A DNA stretch of 63,569 nt, the filler included, from Actinomycetota bacterium (lineage in GTDB: Bacteria > Actinomycetota > CADDZG01 > JAHWKV01 > JAOPZY01), in the NCBI GenBank assembly GCA_025963875.1. It is 5 parts of 5 records of this genome, joined end to end, with 100 filler letters (N's around TTAATTAATTAA, not from the genome) between each part and the next. Parts side by side here need not be neighbours in the genome. Positions count along the whole stretch, not along the records: positions 30,834 to 40,392 come from JAOPZY010000268.1; positions 40,493 to 55,105 come from JAOPZY010000025.1; 3 more parts are not named here. One strand, given 5' to 3'. Positions 37,334 through 45,448 of the stretch are shown here, piece after piece (the stretch's first letter is position 1; each line of letters opens with the position of its first letter). A program made the translations under genes and the position numbers. The notes under the pieces are model-generated. The model made no database searches. It had not been told where the DNA came from and saw only the letters and a list, made by a program, of their open reading frames with translations.

Positions 37334-39022
37334 CTGACCCGCGCCCGCCGACGGTTCCCTGCGCTCGTTCCCGTGCTTGCTCTGGCCCTGCTGGCCGCCT
37401 CCTGCGGCGCCAAGAGCGCGTTCAAGGTGGGCCAGAACGACATCAACCCGGTCCCCCGGTCCAACCTGCAGGACGGGGGCACCCTGAACTGGCCGATTGC
37501 CGCGCTGCCGATCAACTACAACTTCAACGGGGAGGCCGGGGCCAGCACCGACGAGCTGGCGATCATCAGCGCACTGATGCCGACGCTGTTCACCTTCGAT
37601 GCGACCGCGCAGCCGGTCATCAACAGCGCCTACCTCGACACCGCGGCCGTCACCACCGGCGCGCCGCAGCAGGTGGTCACCTACCGGATCAACCCCAAGG
37701 CGGTGTGGGGCGACGGGACACCCATCACGGAGGCCGACTTCGAGGCCCAATGGCGGGCGCTCAACGGCACGAACAAGGACTTCCGCACCCCGTTCACCCA
37801 GGGCTACAACGAGATCACGTCGGTGACGCCGGGCAGGGACACCCGCGAGGTGCTCGTCACGTTCAGCCAGCCCTACGCCGACTGGCGGGGACTCTTCAGC
37901 CCGCTGTTCCCGGCGTCGCTCAACAAGGACGCCCAGACGTTCAACAACGGCTGGGTCACCGGGACCGTCACCTCCGCAGGGCCGTTCGTGTTCCAGAGCC
38001 AGGACGTGCCGGGCAAGACGGTCACCCTCGTCCGTAATCCCCACTGGTGGGGCCAGACTCCCAGGCTCTACTCGATCGTCTACCACGGCGTTGGCAGCGA
38101 CCCCAACGCCCAGCTCGATGCGCTGAGCAAGGGCCAGATCGACTTCGTCGGGATCTCCCCCAACACCGACCAGCTCAAGAAGGGGCAGGGCGTCACGGAC
38201 GCCGTCGAACGGAAGTGGGCCGGCCCGACGTTCCGCCAGCTCACGATGAACGGGACCAGCCCCACGCTCAGCAACGCCAACGTCCGCAAGGCGATCGCTC
38301 TTGCGGTGGACCGCCCCGCCATCGCCAAGGCCCTGCTCGATCCGCTCGGTGTGCCGGACGCCAGCCTCGACAACCACATCTTCATGACCAACCAGCACGG
38401 GTACCAGGCCAACGCCGGCGACCTGGCGAAGGCCGATGCGGCCAAGGCCGGGGCCCTGCTCGACCAGGAGGGTTGGAAGCTCGCCGGCGCGGACCGCTCC
38501 CGCAACGGCCAGCCGCTGTCGATCCGCCTCGTCATTCCCGACAACCTCGCCGAGGCAGGCCAGGAGGCGGACCTCATCAAGACCCAGTTGAAGGGCGTGG
38601 GCGTGGCGGTGGCGGTCCAGCCGGTCCCGAGCCAGCGGTTCTTCGACAGCTTCGTGACCAAGGGGGACTTCGACATGGCCCTGTTCTCGTGGCAGGGCAC
38701 CGTCTTTCCGATCAGCTCCAACCTCCCCATCTATCAAAACCCGACACCCCAGCCGGGCGGCGACGTCGACATCCACCAGAACTACGCGCGCATCGGCTCC
38801 CCCGCCATCGACACCCTCTTCGCCAGGGCCACCGCAGAGCTCGACCCCCAGAAGGCCATCGCGCTCGGCAACCAGATCGACACCGAGATCTGGAAGGAGG
38901 TCCACTCGCTGACGCTGTACCAGCGCCCCCAGCTCGTCTTCCAGAAGAAGACCCTGGCCAACTTCGGGGCGTTCGGCTTCGCCTCCGTCAACTACGAGGA
39001 CATCGGCTTCTCGAAGCCCTGA
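37334..39022 (+). CDS. ABC transporter family 5 substrate-binding lipoprotein (orphan)
   Basis: lipobox LAASC, INPKAVWGDGTPIT..DF, SAGPF, VRKAIALAVDR; CTG start at 37334 proposed, first canonical GTG is 37373. Confidence 0.9.
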   Translation: MTRARRRFPALVPVLALALLAASCGAKSAFKVGQNDINPVPRSNLQDGGTLNWPIAALPINYNFNGEAGASTDELAIISALMPTLFTFDATAQPVINSAYLDTAAVTTGAPQQVVTYRINPKAVWGDGTPITEADFEAQWRALNGTNKDFRTPFTQGYNEITSVTPGRDTREVLVTFSQPYADWRGLFSPLFPASLNKDAQTFNNGWVTGTVTSAGPFVFQSQDVPGKTVTLVRNPHWWGQTPRLYSIVYHGVGSDPNAQLDALSKGQIDFVGISPNTDQLKKGQGVTDAVERKWAGPTFRQLTMNGTSPTLSNANVRKAIALAVDRPAIAKALLDPLGVPDASLDNHIFMTNQHGYQANAGDLAKADAAKAGALLDQEGWKLAGADRSRNGQPLSIRLVIPDNLAEAGQEADLIKTQLKGVGVAVAVQPVPSQRFFDSFVTKGDFDMALFSWQGTVFPISSNLPIYQNPTPQPGGDVDIHQNYARIGSPAIDTLFARATAELDPQKAIALGNQIDTEIWKEVHSLTLYQRPQLVFQKKTLANFGAFGFASVNYEDIGFSKP

Positions 39023-39042
39023 GTGCCTCCAGCGGCGGGAGG

Positions 39043-39801
39043 TCAGGCCGTGAGCGGCCAGACGAGCTCGATGTGCACGTTGTCGAAGTCGGGGTCCTCG
39101 AAGGAGCCCATCGTGCGGGCAACCATGCCCTCGATCGGGCCGTCGGCGATCACTCGGCCGAAGGCCTGGCTCTCGATGAGGCGGTTGCACAGCTCCGAGG
39201 CCGCCGGCATCGCATCCTGGGGGACGTTCCGGATGCTGACGTCGGGCCGGCCGAACGCCCGGAGCCCCCGGGTGTGCAGCCAGACGGTGGCTTCTTTTGA
39301 TCCGGCGCCTTGAGGGGCGCCTCGGGCCTCTTCCTCGCCGTGGAACACGTTGACGTGGAGGCGCGGCTGTGGCTTGTCGGGGGCGAAGATGACCCCTCGC
39401 CACTGCTCGGGGGTGAACATGCCGAGAGACTGGAGGTTGGCGGCGGCGCGGCCCCCGGCCTCGAGGATGGCGGTCACGACCCCGACACAGTTGCGCAGGT
39501 AGCGGAGATCCTTCGGGTCGGGGACGTCCGCCCGCATCACCATGCAACCGTCGGCCGCCAGCACGGACGGTTCCTCGCCCTCCCACCCCTGGAGCAGGGT
39601 GGCCCCGACGGGCGAGTCCAGCAGGCCCGCCGCCACCTGGGGTTCCTGGTACTCCAGCTCGAGCGACAGGTCCATCGGCACGACGCGGTGGGCCAGCGAG
39701 GTGACCCGGAGCGGCTCCGGCTTCGGTCCGAAGACCACGAACAACACGGAGGCGTCGCCGCCGCCGGCTTCATACTGCGGTCGTTCCCAGTCCTCTTCCA
39801 A
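39043..39801 (-). CDS. hypothetical protein
   Basis: 252-aa ORF with coding bias; WLHTRGLRAFGRPDV resembles DUF4261-type proteins. Confidence 0.75.
   Translation of the reverse strand: MEEDWERPQYEAGGGDASVLFVVFGPKPEPLRVTSLAHRVVPMDLSLELEYQEPQVAAGLLDSPVGATLLQGWEGEEPSVLAADGCMVMRADVPDPKDLRYLRNCVGVVTAILEAGGRAAANLQSLGMFTPEQWRGVIFAPDKPQPRLHVNVFHGEEEARGAPQGAGSKEATVWLHTRGLRAFGRPDVSIRNVPQDAMPAASELCNRLIESQAFGRVIADGPIEGMVARTMGSFEDPDFDNVHIELVWPLTA
39300..39324 (+). repeat. family A copy (in-frame inside 39043-39801)
   Basis: exact 25-mer, read as RGAPQGAG. Confidence 0.92.
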
Positions 39802-39858
39802 TCAGGCCCTCTCTTGTCGTCGTCTGCGCGGGGGTCACCCTAATGCCCTGACCCGGGC

Positions 39859-40026
39859 CTATCCGGCGCCTTGAGGGGCGCCTCGGGAGAGGGTTCGCAC
39901 GGGAAGGGGTTCGGGGAGAGGCACCGGGACCGGTTCGGGGATGGGCTCGGGCGGCGGGATGGGCTCCGGCGCAGGGAACGGCTCGGGCGGGATAGGCGAC
40001 GGGACGGGCTCAGGGACGGGACTCAT
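39859..40026 (-). CDS. small proline-rich protein (55 aa)
   Basis: MSPVPEPVPSPIPPEPFPAPEPIPPPEPIPEPVPVPLPEPLPVRTLSRGAPQGAG-stop, translated by hand; not in the ORF track. Confidence 0.5.
   Translation of the reverse strand: MSPVPEPVPSPIPPEPFPAPEPIPPPEPIPEPVPVPLPEPLPVRTLSRGAPQGAG
39861..39885 (+). repeat. family A copy (forms the last eight codons of the proline-rich ORF)
   Basis: exact 25-mer. Confidence 0.92.
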
Positions 40027-40031
40027 AGCGC

Positions 40032-40082
40032 CGAGGTTAGGTAATTATGTCGGCTATAGCAACAATTTCTTACCTAACCTCG
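40032..40082. repeat. 51-bp AT-rich palindrome (13-bp perfect arms, 25-nt spacer)
   Basis: CGAGGTTAGGTAA and TTACCTAACCTCG. Confidence 0.8.
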
Positions 40083-40105
40083 CGCACCAACGCTTCCCTG
40101 AGGGG

Positions 40106-40392
40106 CTAGTGGAGGCGGCCCACCCCGACGATGGGCGAGCCCGTGCTCCCGCCGCCCAGCACGGCTGCGTCGCCGAAGGCGAAACTCTGGCCGCCGGCCG
40201 TGACCAGCCAGTAGCCGCCGCCGCTCGGCGTGGCCGCCATGCCGGCGACCGGCGCCGGGGCCACGCCGGCGGCCGAGCCCTTGAAGGATGCGTCGCCGAA
40301 GTTGAACATCCCACCGTCGGAGGCAACCATCCAGTAGCCGTTGCCCGATGCCGTCCCCGCCATGCCGACGATGGGCTGGTTGAGGCGGATCG
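40106..40392 (-). CDS. C-terminal fragment of a surface protein with GYWxVASDGG repeats (5' truncated by gap)
   Basis: LNQPIVGMA...GYWMVASDGGMFNFGDA...GYWLVTAGG..FAFGDA. Confidence 0.8.
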
Positions 40393-40492
40393 NNNNNNNN
40401 NNNNNNNNNNNNNNNNNNNNNNNNNNNNNNNNNNNNTTAATTAATTAANNNNNNNNNNNNNNNNNNNNNNNNNNNNNNNNNNNNNNNNNNNN
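40393..40492. other. artificial contig-join spacer
   Basis: N-run with TTAATTAATTAA. Confidence 0.97.
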
Positions 40493-41567
40493 CGGGCACG
40501 TCCAGCCTGCGGTAGCGCGCGCCGGTCGAGATCAGGACCGCACGGGACGTGATCGTCGTGCCGTCGTCGAGGTGGACGACCTGGTAGCCGTCCCGGGTCC
40601 CCAGCCCCCTGGCTTCCGCCGGAACGGTGATGTGGACGCCGAACTTGTGGGCTTGGATGACCGCCCGCTCCGCCAGCTCCGAGCCGGAGATGCCGGAGGG
40701 GAAGCCGAGGTAGTTCTCGATGCGGGGCGACAGGCTCGCCTGGCCCCCGGTCGCCGTGCAGTCGAGGAGGATCGTGTCCAGCCCCTCGGAGGCGCCGTAC
40801 ACCCCGGCAGCCAGCCCTGCCGGGCCGGCGCCGATCACGACGAGGTCGCAGCTGCCCGACGTCATAGCCCGGGGACTCAGGCCGATGACCCGCGAGAGCT
40901 CGGCGTTGCTCGGATTCCGCAGGACCCGGTTGTTGCCGAGGATCACGACCGGGGTCTCCTCGGGGCGGATGCCGAGGGTCCGCATCAGCGCCTCGGCTGC
41001 CGCGTCGCGCTCGAGGTCGCTCCAGCGGTGCGGCAGGCGGTTGCGGGTCGCGAACTCACGGATGCGCTTGGTGTCGGGTGAGTACCGGGAGCCGATAATC
41101 CTGAGGCCCGAGCCGAGCCCGATCAGCAGCGAGCGTCGCTGGAGATAGGCTCGAAGGATGACGTCGCCCAGGCCGGGATTCCGGGCAACGACCTCACGCA
41201 GGCGCTCGACCGGGACGATGAGGACCTCACCCGGCTCGGCGACGACCGCCGTGACGAACACCGCCTCGCCCGTGAGGAGGTTGAGCTCCCCGAGGAAGCG
41301 CCCCGGGCCGTGCACGCCGATGGTGCGCTCCTGGCCACTCCCGAAGCCCTCGACGATCTTGACCTTCCCCGAGAGGATGACGATGAAGTCGCAGCTCGCG
41401 TCCCCCTCCCGGTAGAGGACCTCGCCGGCCTCCGTGGGCCGGCGGAAGCCCTCACGGCTGAGCTCCTGGATCTGGTACTCGTCCAGCCGCGGGAAGGCCC
41501 CAGCATGGTCCGGCGTCTCCGCAAGTGGCTGGGTATCGACGGCGTCGGTGTTGGCTTCGCCCGGCAT
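40493..41567 (-). CDS. cNMP-binding domain plus thioredoxin-reductase-like FAD oxidoreductase (3' truncated by gap)
   Basis: AFPRL, FLGELNLL, GAGPAGLAA, GGQA, IENYLGFP, STGARYRRL. Confidence 0.92.
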
Positions 41568-41712
41568 GACCTCCAGCGTGATCCGTGCGGACTGGCCTCA
41601 CATCCCCGGAACGCGTGGTTCGCCGAGGATGGCCGGCCCGCGACCCCCCGGCCCCCATCTCTACGCGGCCACGGGATGTGGCGACCCGTCACGCACAGAT
41701 ACCGTCAGGGCC

Positions 41713-42168
41713 ATGCAACGCTCCACCTCCGTCGCGCTCGTTGCGGCCCTCCTGTGCCCCGGCCTGGCTGCGGCATGCACGTCCGCCAAGAATTCGACCG
41801 CTGCCCCGGTAGCGACGACCGGCACGGCCAGCCCGGCGGCGGCGCGCTGGCGGGCCTCGATGGCAAGGTGATCGGCATCCCGACACCGGCAGCCACCGAT
41901 CCCCAGCTTGGCGGGGCTGCCGTCGGCATCGGGTTCGCCATCCCCGCCAACACCGCCACTGATATCGCCGGCCAGATCGTCCGCGACGGCAAGGTCACGA
42001 ATTCCCACCGCGGCGGCAGCGGGCATCAAGCCCGGCGACATCATCACCGGAGTGGACGGCAAGCTGGTCGCCGGCATGGCGCCGGGCCAGAAGGTCACGG
42101 TGGCAATCACGCACCCCGATGGCAGCACGGCCACGGTGACGGTCACCATTGGCCAGTTCCCCGGATAG
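41713..42168 (+). pseudogene. internally deleted and frameshifted HtrA/S1C serine protease remnant
   Basis: lipoprotein signal (LAAAC) in one frame, GGAL..LDGKVIGI...GIGFAIP in a second, PDZ fragment AAAAGIKPGDIITGVDG in a third segment; catalytic His/Asp region missing. Confidence 0.75.
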
Positions 42169-42179
42169 GAGGCATTCGC

Positions 42180-42629
42180 ATGCCCGTCATGGCTGTTTCG
42201 ACGTTCGAACGCTTCTTCCGCCTGGCAGCCTCCCTGGACGTCGACAAGAACGACATCAAGCGGTACACCGACTTCGTGAACCAGAAGATCTACGACCTCC
42301 TCCTGATGGGAGTCGCGACAGCAAGTGCCAACGACCGGGACATCGTCCAGCCATGGGACCTCCCCATCACCAAGGGCCTGCAGGAGAACATCCATGCCTT
42401 CCGCAAGCTCGACATCGACACGGGACTCGAGGACGTGCTCGAGCGGCTTGCCGCCTGGCCGCCGCTGGAGCTGGCGCTGGCGGACGAGACCGCGGTGCGG
42501 CTGCCGGAGATCGCCGGGGGCATCAGCGTGTGCCTGGCGGAGGCGTTCACTATCGTCGACCCCAACGTGAAGAATCCGCAGACCGTCCAGTGGGAACGGG
42601 TCTTCCGGCTCTTCAAGTTGCTCCTCTAG
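42180..42629 (+). CDS. DUF1931 family (double histone-fold) protein
   Basis: FERFFRLAASLDVDKND.KR, DLPITKGLQE.IH.F, PPL, W.RVF.LF.LLL; AGGAGG RBS. Confidence 0.92.
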   Translation: MPVMAVSTFERFFRLAASLDVDKNDIKRYTDFVNQKIYDLLLMGVATASANDRDIVQPWDLPITKGLQENIHAFRKLDIDTGLEDVLERLAAWPPLELALADETAVRLPEIAGGISVCLAEAFTIVDPNVKNPQTVQWERVFRLFKLLL

Positions 42630-43057
42630 CCCGCCGGGTTCGCTCCTTCGCTCCTTCCTTCCCTCGCGGGGGCGACGTGCTCCTGGAAGTGCTGCCGGAC
42701 CTGCTCGAGGTCCTCCCAGCTTCCCTCGTCCACCCGGATCATCGAGTTGGACGCACGCTCGAGGGCGCGGATCAGCTCGTCGAGCTTGAGCTGGATCGCC
42801 CGGTCGTCGTGGTTCTGCGTGTGCTGGACGACGACGACCAGCACGAGCGTGAGCACGGGCAGCCCTGCGGTTGCGCCGAGCTCCCAGCTCCGGGGGAAAC
42901 GGAGGGCCCAGCCAGCGGCGAGCCAGGCCCCCAGAGCCACGACGATCGCCACGATCGACCACGGCGACCCCGTCAGCATGGTGAGGTGGCGCGCGCCGCG
43001 GGCAAACGGCGGGGGCTGCCGGGAGATGCGTTCCGCTGCGTGCGGTTCCTCGTCCAC
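42626..43057 (-). CDS. low-affinity iron permease (Fet4-like) family protein
   Basis: two TM helices then QHTQNHDDRAIQLKLDELIRA. Confidence 0.85.
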   Translation of the reverse strand: MDEEPHAAERISRQPPPFARGARHLTMLTGSPWSIVAIVVALGAWLAAGWALRFPRSWELGATAGLPVLTLVLVVVVQHTQNHDDRAIQLKLDELIRALERASNSMIRVDEGSWEDLEQVRQHFQEHVAPAREGRSEGANPAG

Positions 43058-43103
43058 AGCGGACTTCCTACCCAACACGCGAGGCTGGGGGAGCCGCCAC
43101 CTC

Positions 43104-44630
43104 CTACGGGCAGCCGCTCGGTCGAACGGGAGTACCCGGCTCCTGGGCCGGGACACCCCCGTTCGGCGGGACCGGGTTCGTCGGTACGAGGCCGCCGATA
43201 GGCAGGCCCGGTAGGAGACCGCCGAGGAGACCGGCAGCTTTCGTCAGGCAGTCGCTGCCGATGACGCGGGGGTCGAGGAGGCTCGCCTCCGGCAGGGAGG
43301 GCACGGAGCTGTTCGCCGGCGAGGCGAAGTTGAAGGCGCTGGTGAGATCGCCCGTGACCGAGCGGCGCCAGGGGCTCAGGTTGGGGACCTCGACCCCGAA
43401 ACGGGTCTCGAGGAACCGCAGCAGCGACGTGTGGTCGAACGTGTCCGAGCAGACCAGGCCGCCCCGGCTGTACGGGGATGCGACCAGCATCGGCACCCGG
43501 GGGCCGAGCCCGATGGGCCCGCGGATGCCTTGCGCCGCCGCCGGCAGGCTTGCGACCGTCAGGTACTCCCCCGCCGTCCCGGCCGGAGCGACCGGCGGTG
43601 GGACGTGGTCGAAGAAGCCTCCGTTCTCGTCCCAGGTGACGAACAGCGCAGTCCTGGCCCACAGGGCGGGGTTGGCGGTAAGGGCGTGCAGCACCGACTC
43701 TGTGGCCGTTTCACCGTAGAGCGGCGGCGCCGGCGGGTGCTCCGACGTCAGCAACGGCGCGAGCACCCAGGAGACCTGCGGCAGCGACCCGAGCAGGCAG
43801 TCGAGCTGGAACGTGCCGGGGAAGCTCGGGGTGAATGCGTTGGCGGCGAGCTGGGGGTTCGCCGTGTAGTTCTTGAAGTAGAGGAGGACGTTGTCGCCGA
43901 AGTTGCCGTCGGGGTTCCCGTAGACCTTCCAGCTGACCCCGGCCGACTGCAACCGCTCCGGCATCGTGGTCCACGTGAAGGACCTGAAGTGCTGGGCGCG
44001 GGTGCCGGCGAGGGTCTCGACCAGCGGGCCGCCGTTGCCGCCACCGGGGTCGATCGTGGCCGTCATCGAGTAGAGGCGGTTCGGGTCGGTGGGCCCGAGG
44101 ACGGAGCAGTGGTAGCCGTCGCAGATCGTGAAGGCGTCGGCGAGGGCGTAGTAGAACTCGAGGTCGGAGCGCTGGTAATAGGCCATGGTGAGGGCGCCGT
44201 TGGCAACGCCGTCGGCGGCCACGTGCTCGGTCACCCAACCGTCCATCGCCCCACCGTCCCAGCTCCGGTGCTGGACATCCCACGCATGGGAGATGTCGTT
44301 GGAGCAGGCGCCGTTGGCCCGCGAGTCGAGGTGCCAGGGGTTGAGGGCGGCCCCGTTGGGGACGTAGCCGGGCTGAGCGAAGACCCCGGGCAGCGCGGCG
44401 GCATCCTGGAAACCGCGTACGCCCTTGTACGTCCCGAAGTAGTGGTCGAACGAGCGGTTCTCCTGGATGAGGATCACGACGTGCTCGATGCTGCGAAGGC
44501 CCTGGCAAGCCGGCGGCGCCGACGCCGCGACCGCCCTGGCGATCAGCTCATGGTGCCGTAGCCCGACCAGACCCAGCCCCGCACCACCCAGCACTCCGGC
44601 TCGCAGGAAGTCGCGGCGGCTGAGTGGCAT
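43104..44630 (-). CDS. Tat-exported phospholipase C / phosphoesterase
   Basis: SRRDFL Tat motif, HVVILIQENRSFDHYFG, GPTDPNR, WDENGGFFDH, GLGPRVP; alternative TTG start at 44669. Confidence 0.93.
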   Translation of the reverse strand: MPLSRRDFLRAGVLGGAGLGLVGLRHHELIARAVAASAPPACQGLRSIEHVVILIQENRSFDHYFGTYKGVRGFQDAAALPGVFAQPGYVPNGAALNPWHLDSRANGACSNDISHAWDVQHRSWDGGAMDGWVTEHVAADGVANGALTMAYYQRSDLEFYYALADAFTICDGYHCSVLGPTDPNRLYSMTATIDPGGGNGGPLVETLAGTRAQHFRSFTWTTMPERLQSAGVSWKVYGNPDGNFGDNVLLYFKNYTANPQLAANAFTPSFPGTFQLDCLLGSLPQVSWVLAPLLTSEHPPAPPLYGETATESVLHALTANPALWARTALFVTWDENGGFFDHVPPPVAPAGTAGEYLTVASLPAAAQGIRGPIGLGPRVPMLVASPYSRGGLVCSDTFDHTSLLRFLETRFGVEVPNLSPWRRSVTGDLTSAFNFASPANSSVPSLPEASLLDPRVIGSDCLTKAAGLLGGLLPGLPIGGLVPTNPVPPNGGVPAQEPGTPVRPSGCP

Positions 44631-44708
44631 GACTGCGTCAGTGTCGGGGGGACGGACCTCGCGCGTCAATCGAAGTCGGTGAAAATTCGCAGTCCTGTCA
44701 CCGAGCGT

Positions 44709-45368
44709 TCATGCGTCCGTCGGCTCGTCCTCCGCCAGCAGCCGGTAGAGGCTGCGCCTGGCCTCCGACAGGATCTCCTTGGCCTTCTGGATCTGGCCCT
44801 CGTTGCCGGACTGCACGACCTGCATCACGGCCGTCACGAGGCCGAAGCCGAGGGTCCGGAGCTCGGCGAACGGCTCTGCCTCGGCCCCCATCTCCCAGGG
44901 TGCGGGGGTGTCCGGGCCGCGCTTGGCCGCCTCGGTCTTGCCGGCGTCCGTGAGGTGGAAGACTCGCTTTCCGTCGACCTCCTCGCTGCGCACAAGACCC
45001 TCGTCCTCCAGGAGCTGCAGGGTCGGGTACACGGAACCGGGGCTGGGCCGCCACATGCCGCCGCTGCGTTCCGAAAGCTCCTGGATCACCTGGTACCCGT
45101 GCATCGGACCCTCGCCGAGCAGGGTCAGGATGGCTGCACGGACGTCTCCCCGGCCCGCTCGGGGACCTCGCCCGAAGGGGCCGAAGCCCTGCCACGGACC
45201 TCCACCCGGTCCGCCGGGTCCTGCCCAGGGTCCGAAGGGGCCACCGTGCCCACGCCCGTGATGGCCGTGGCCATGCTTGCGCCCGGCGGCCATCATCGCC
45301 CACCGTGCCGCCCACGGTGGCCTGCCGCCGCCGAATCCTTGCTCATCCCACGCCGCTGAGTGTCCCAT
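44709..45368 (-). CDS. PadR family transcription regulator
   Basis: RGDVRAAIL, MHGYQVI, WRPSPGSVYPTLQLLEDEG. Confidence 0.95.
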   Translation of the reverse strand: MGHSAAWDEQGFGGGRPPWAARWAMMAAGRKHGHGHHGRGHGGPFGPWAGPGGPGGGPWQGFGPFGRGPRAGRGDVRAAILTLLGEGPMHGYQVIQELSERSGGMWRPSPGSVYPTLQLLEDEGLVRSEEVDGKRVFHLTDAGKTEAAKRGPDTPAPWEMGAEAEPFAELRTLGFGLVTAVMQVVQSGNEGQIQKAKEILSEARRSLYRLLAEDEPTDA

Positions 45369-45401
45369 TGCCGTCTCCCCTTCTTCACAAGTTGCGATAG
45401 T

Positions 45402-45417
45402 TCACGATATATCGTGA
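45402..45417. promoter_or_regulatory. perfect 16-bp palindrome, probable PadR operator
   Basis: TCACGATATATCGTGA between divergent padR and the ycaQ-like gene. Confidence 0.65.
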
Positions 45418-45448
45418 TAGCTCGCTCGTCAACCGGTACCATGCTCGG

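Noticed and set aside
10455..39885. 25-bp palindromic repeat as a CRISPR direct repeat
   Set aside because: Copies are hundreds to thousands of bases apart, in both orientations and inside genes; no regular spacers and no cas genes
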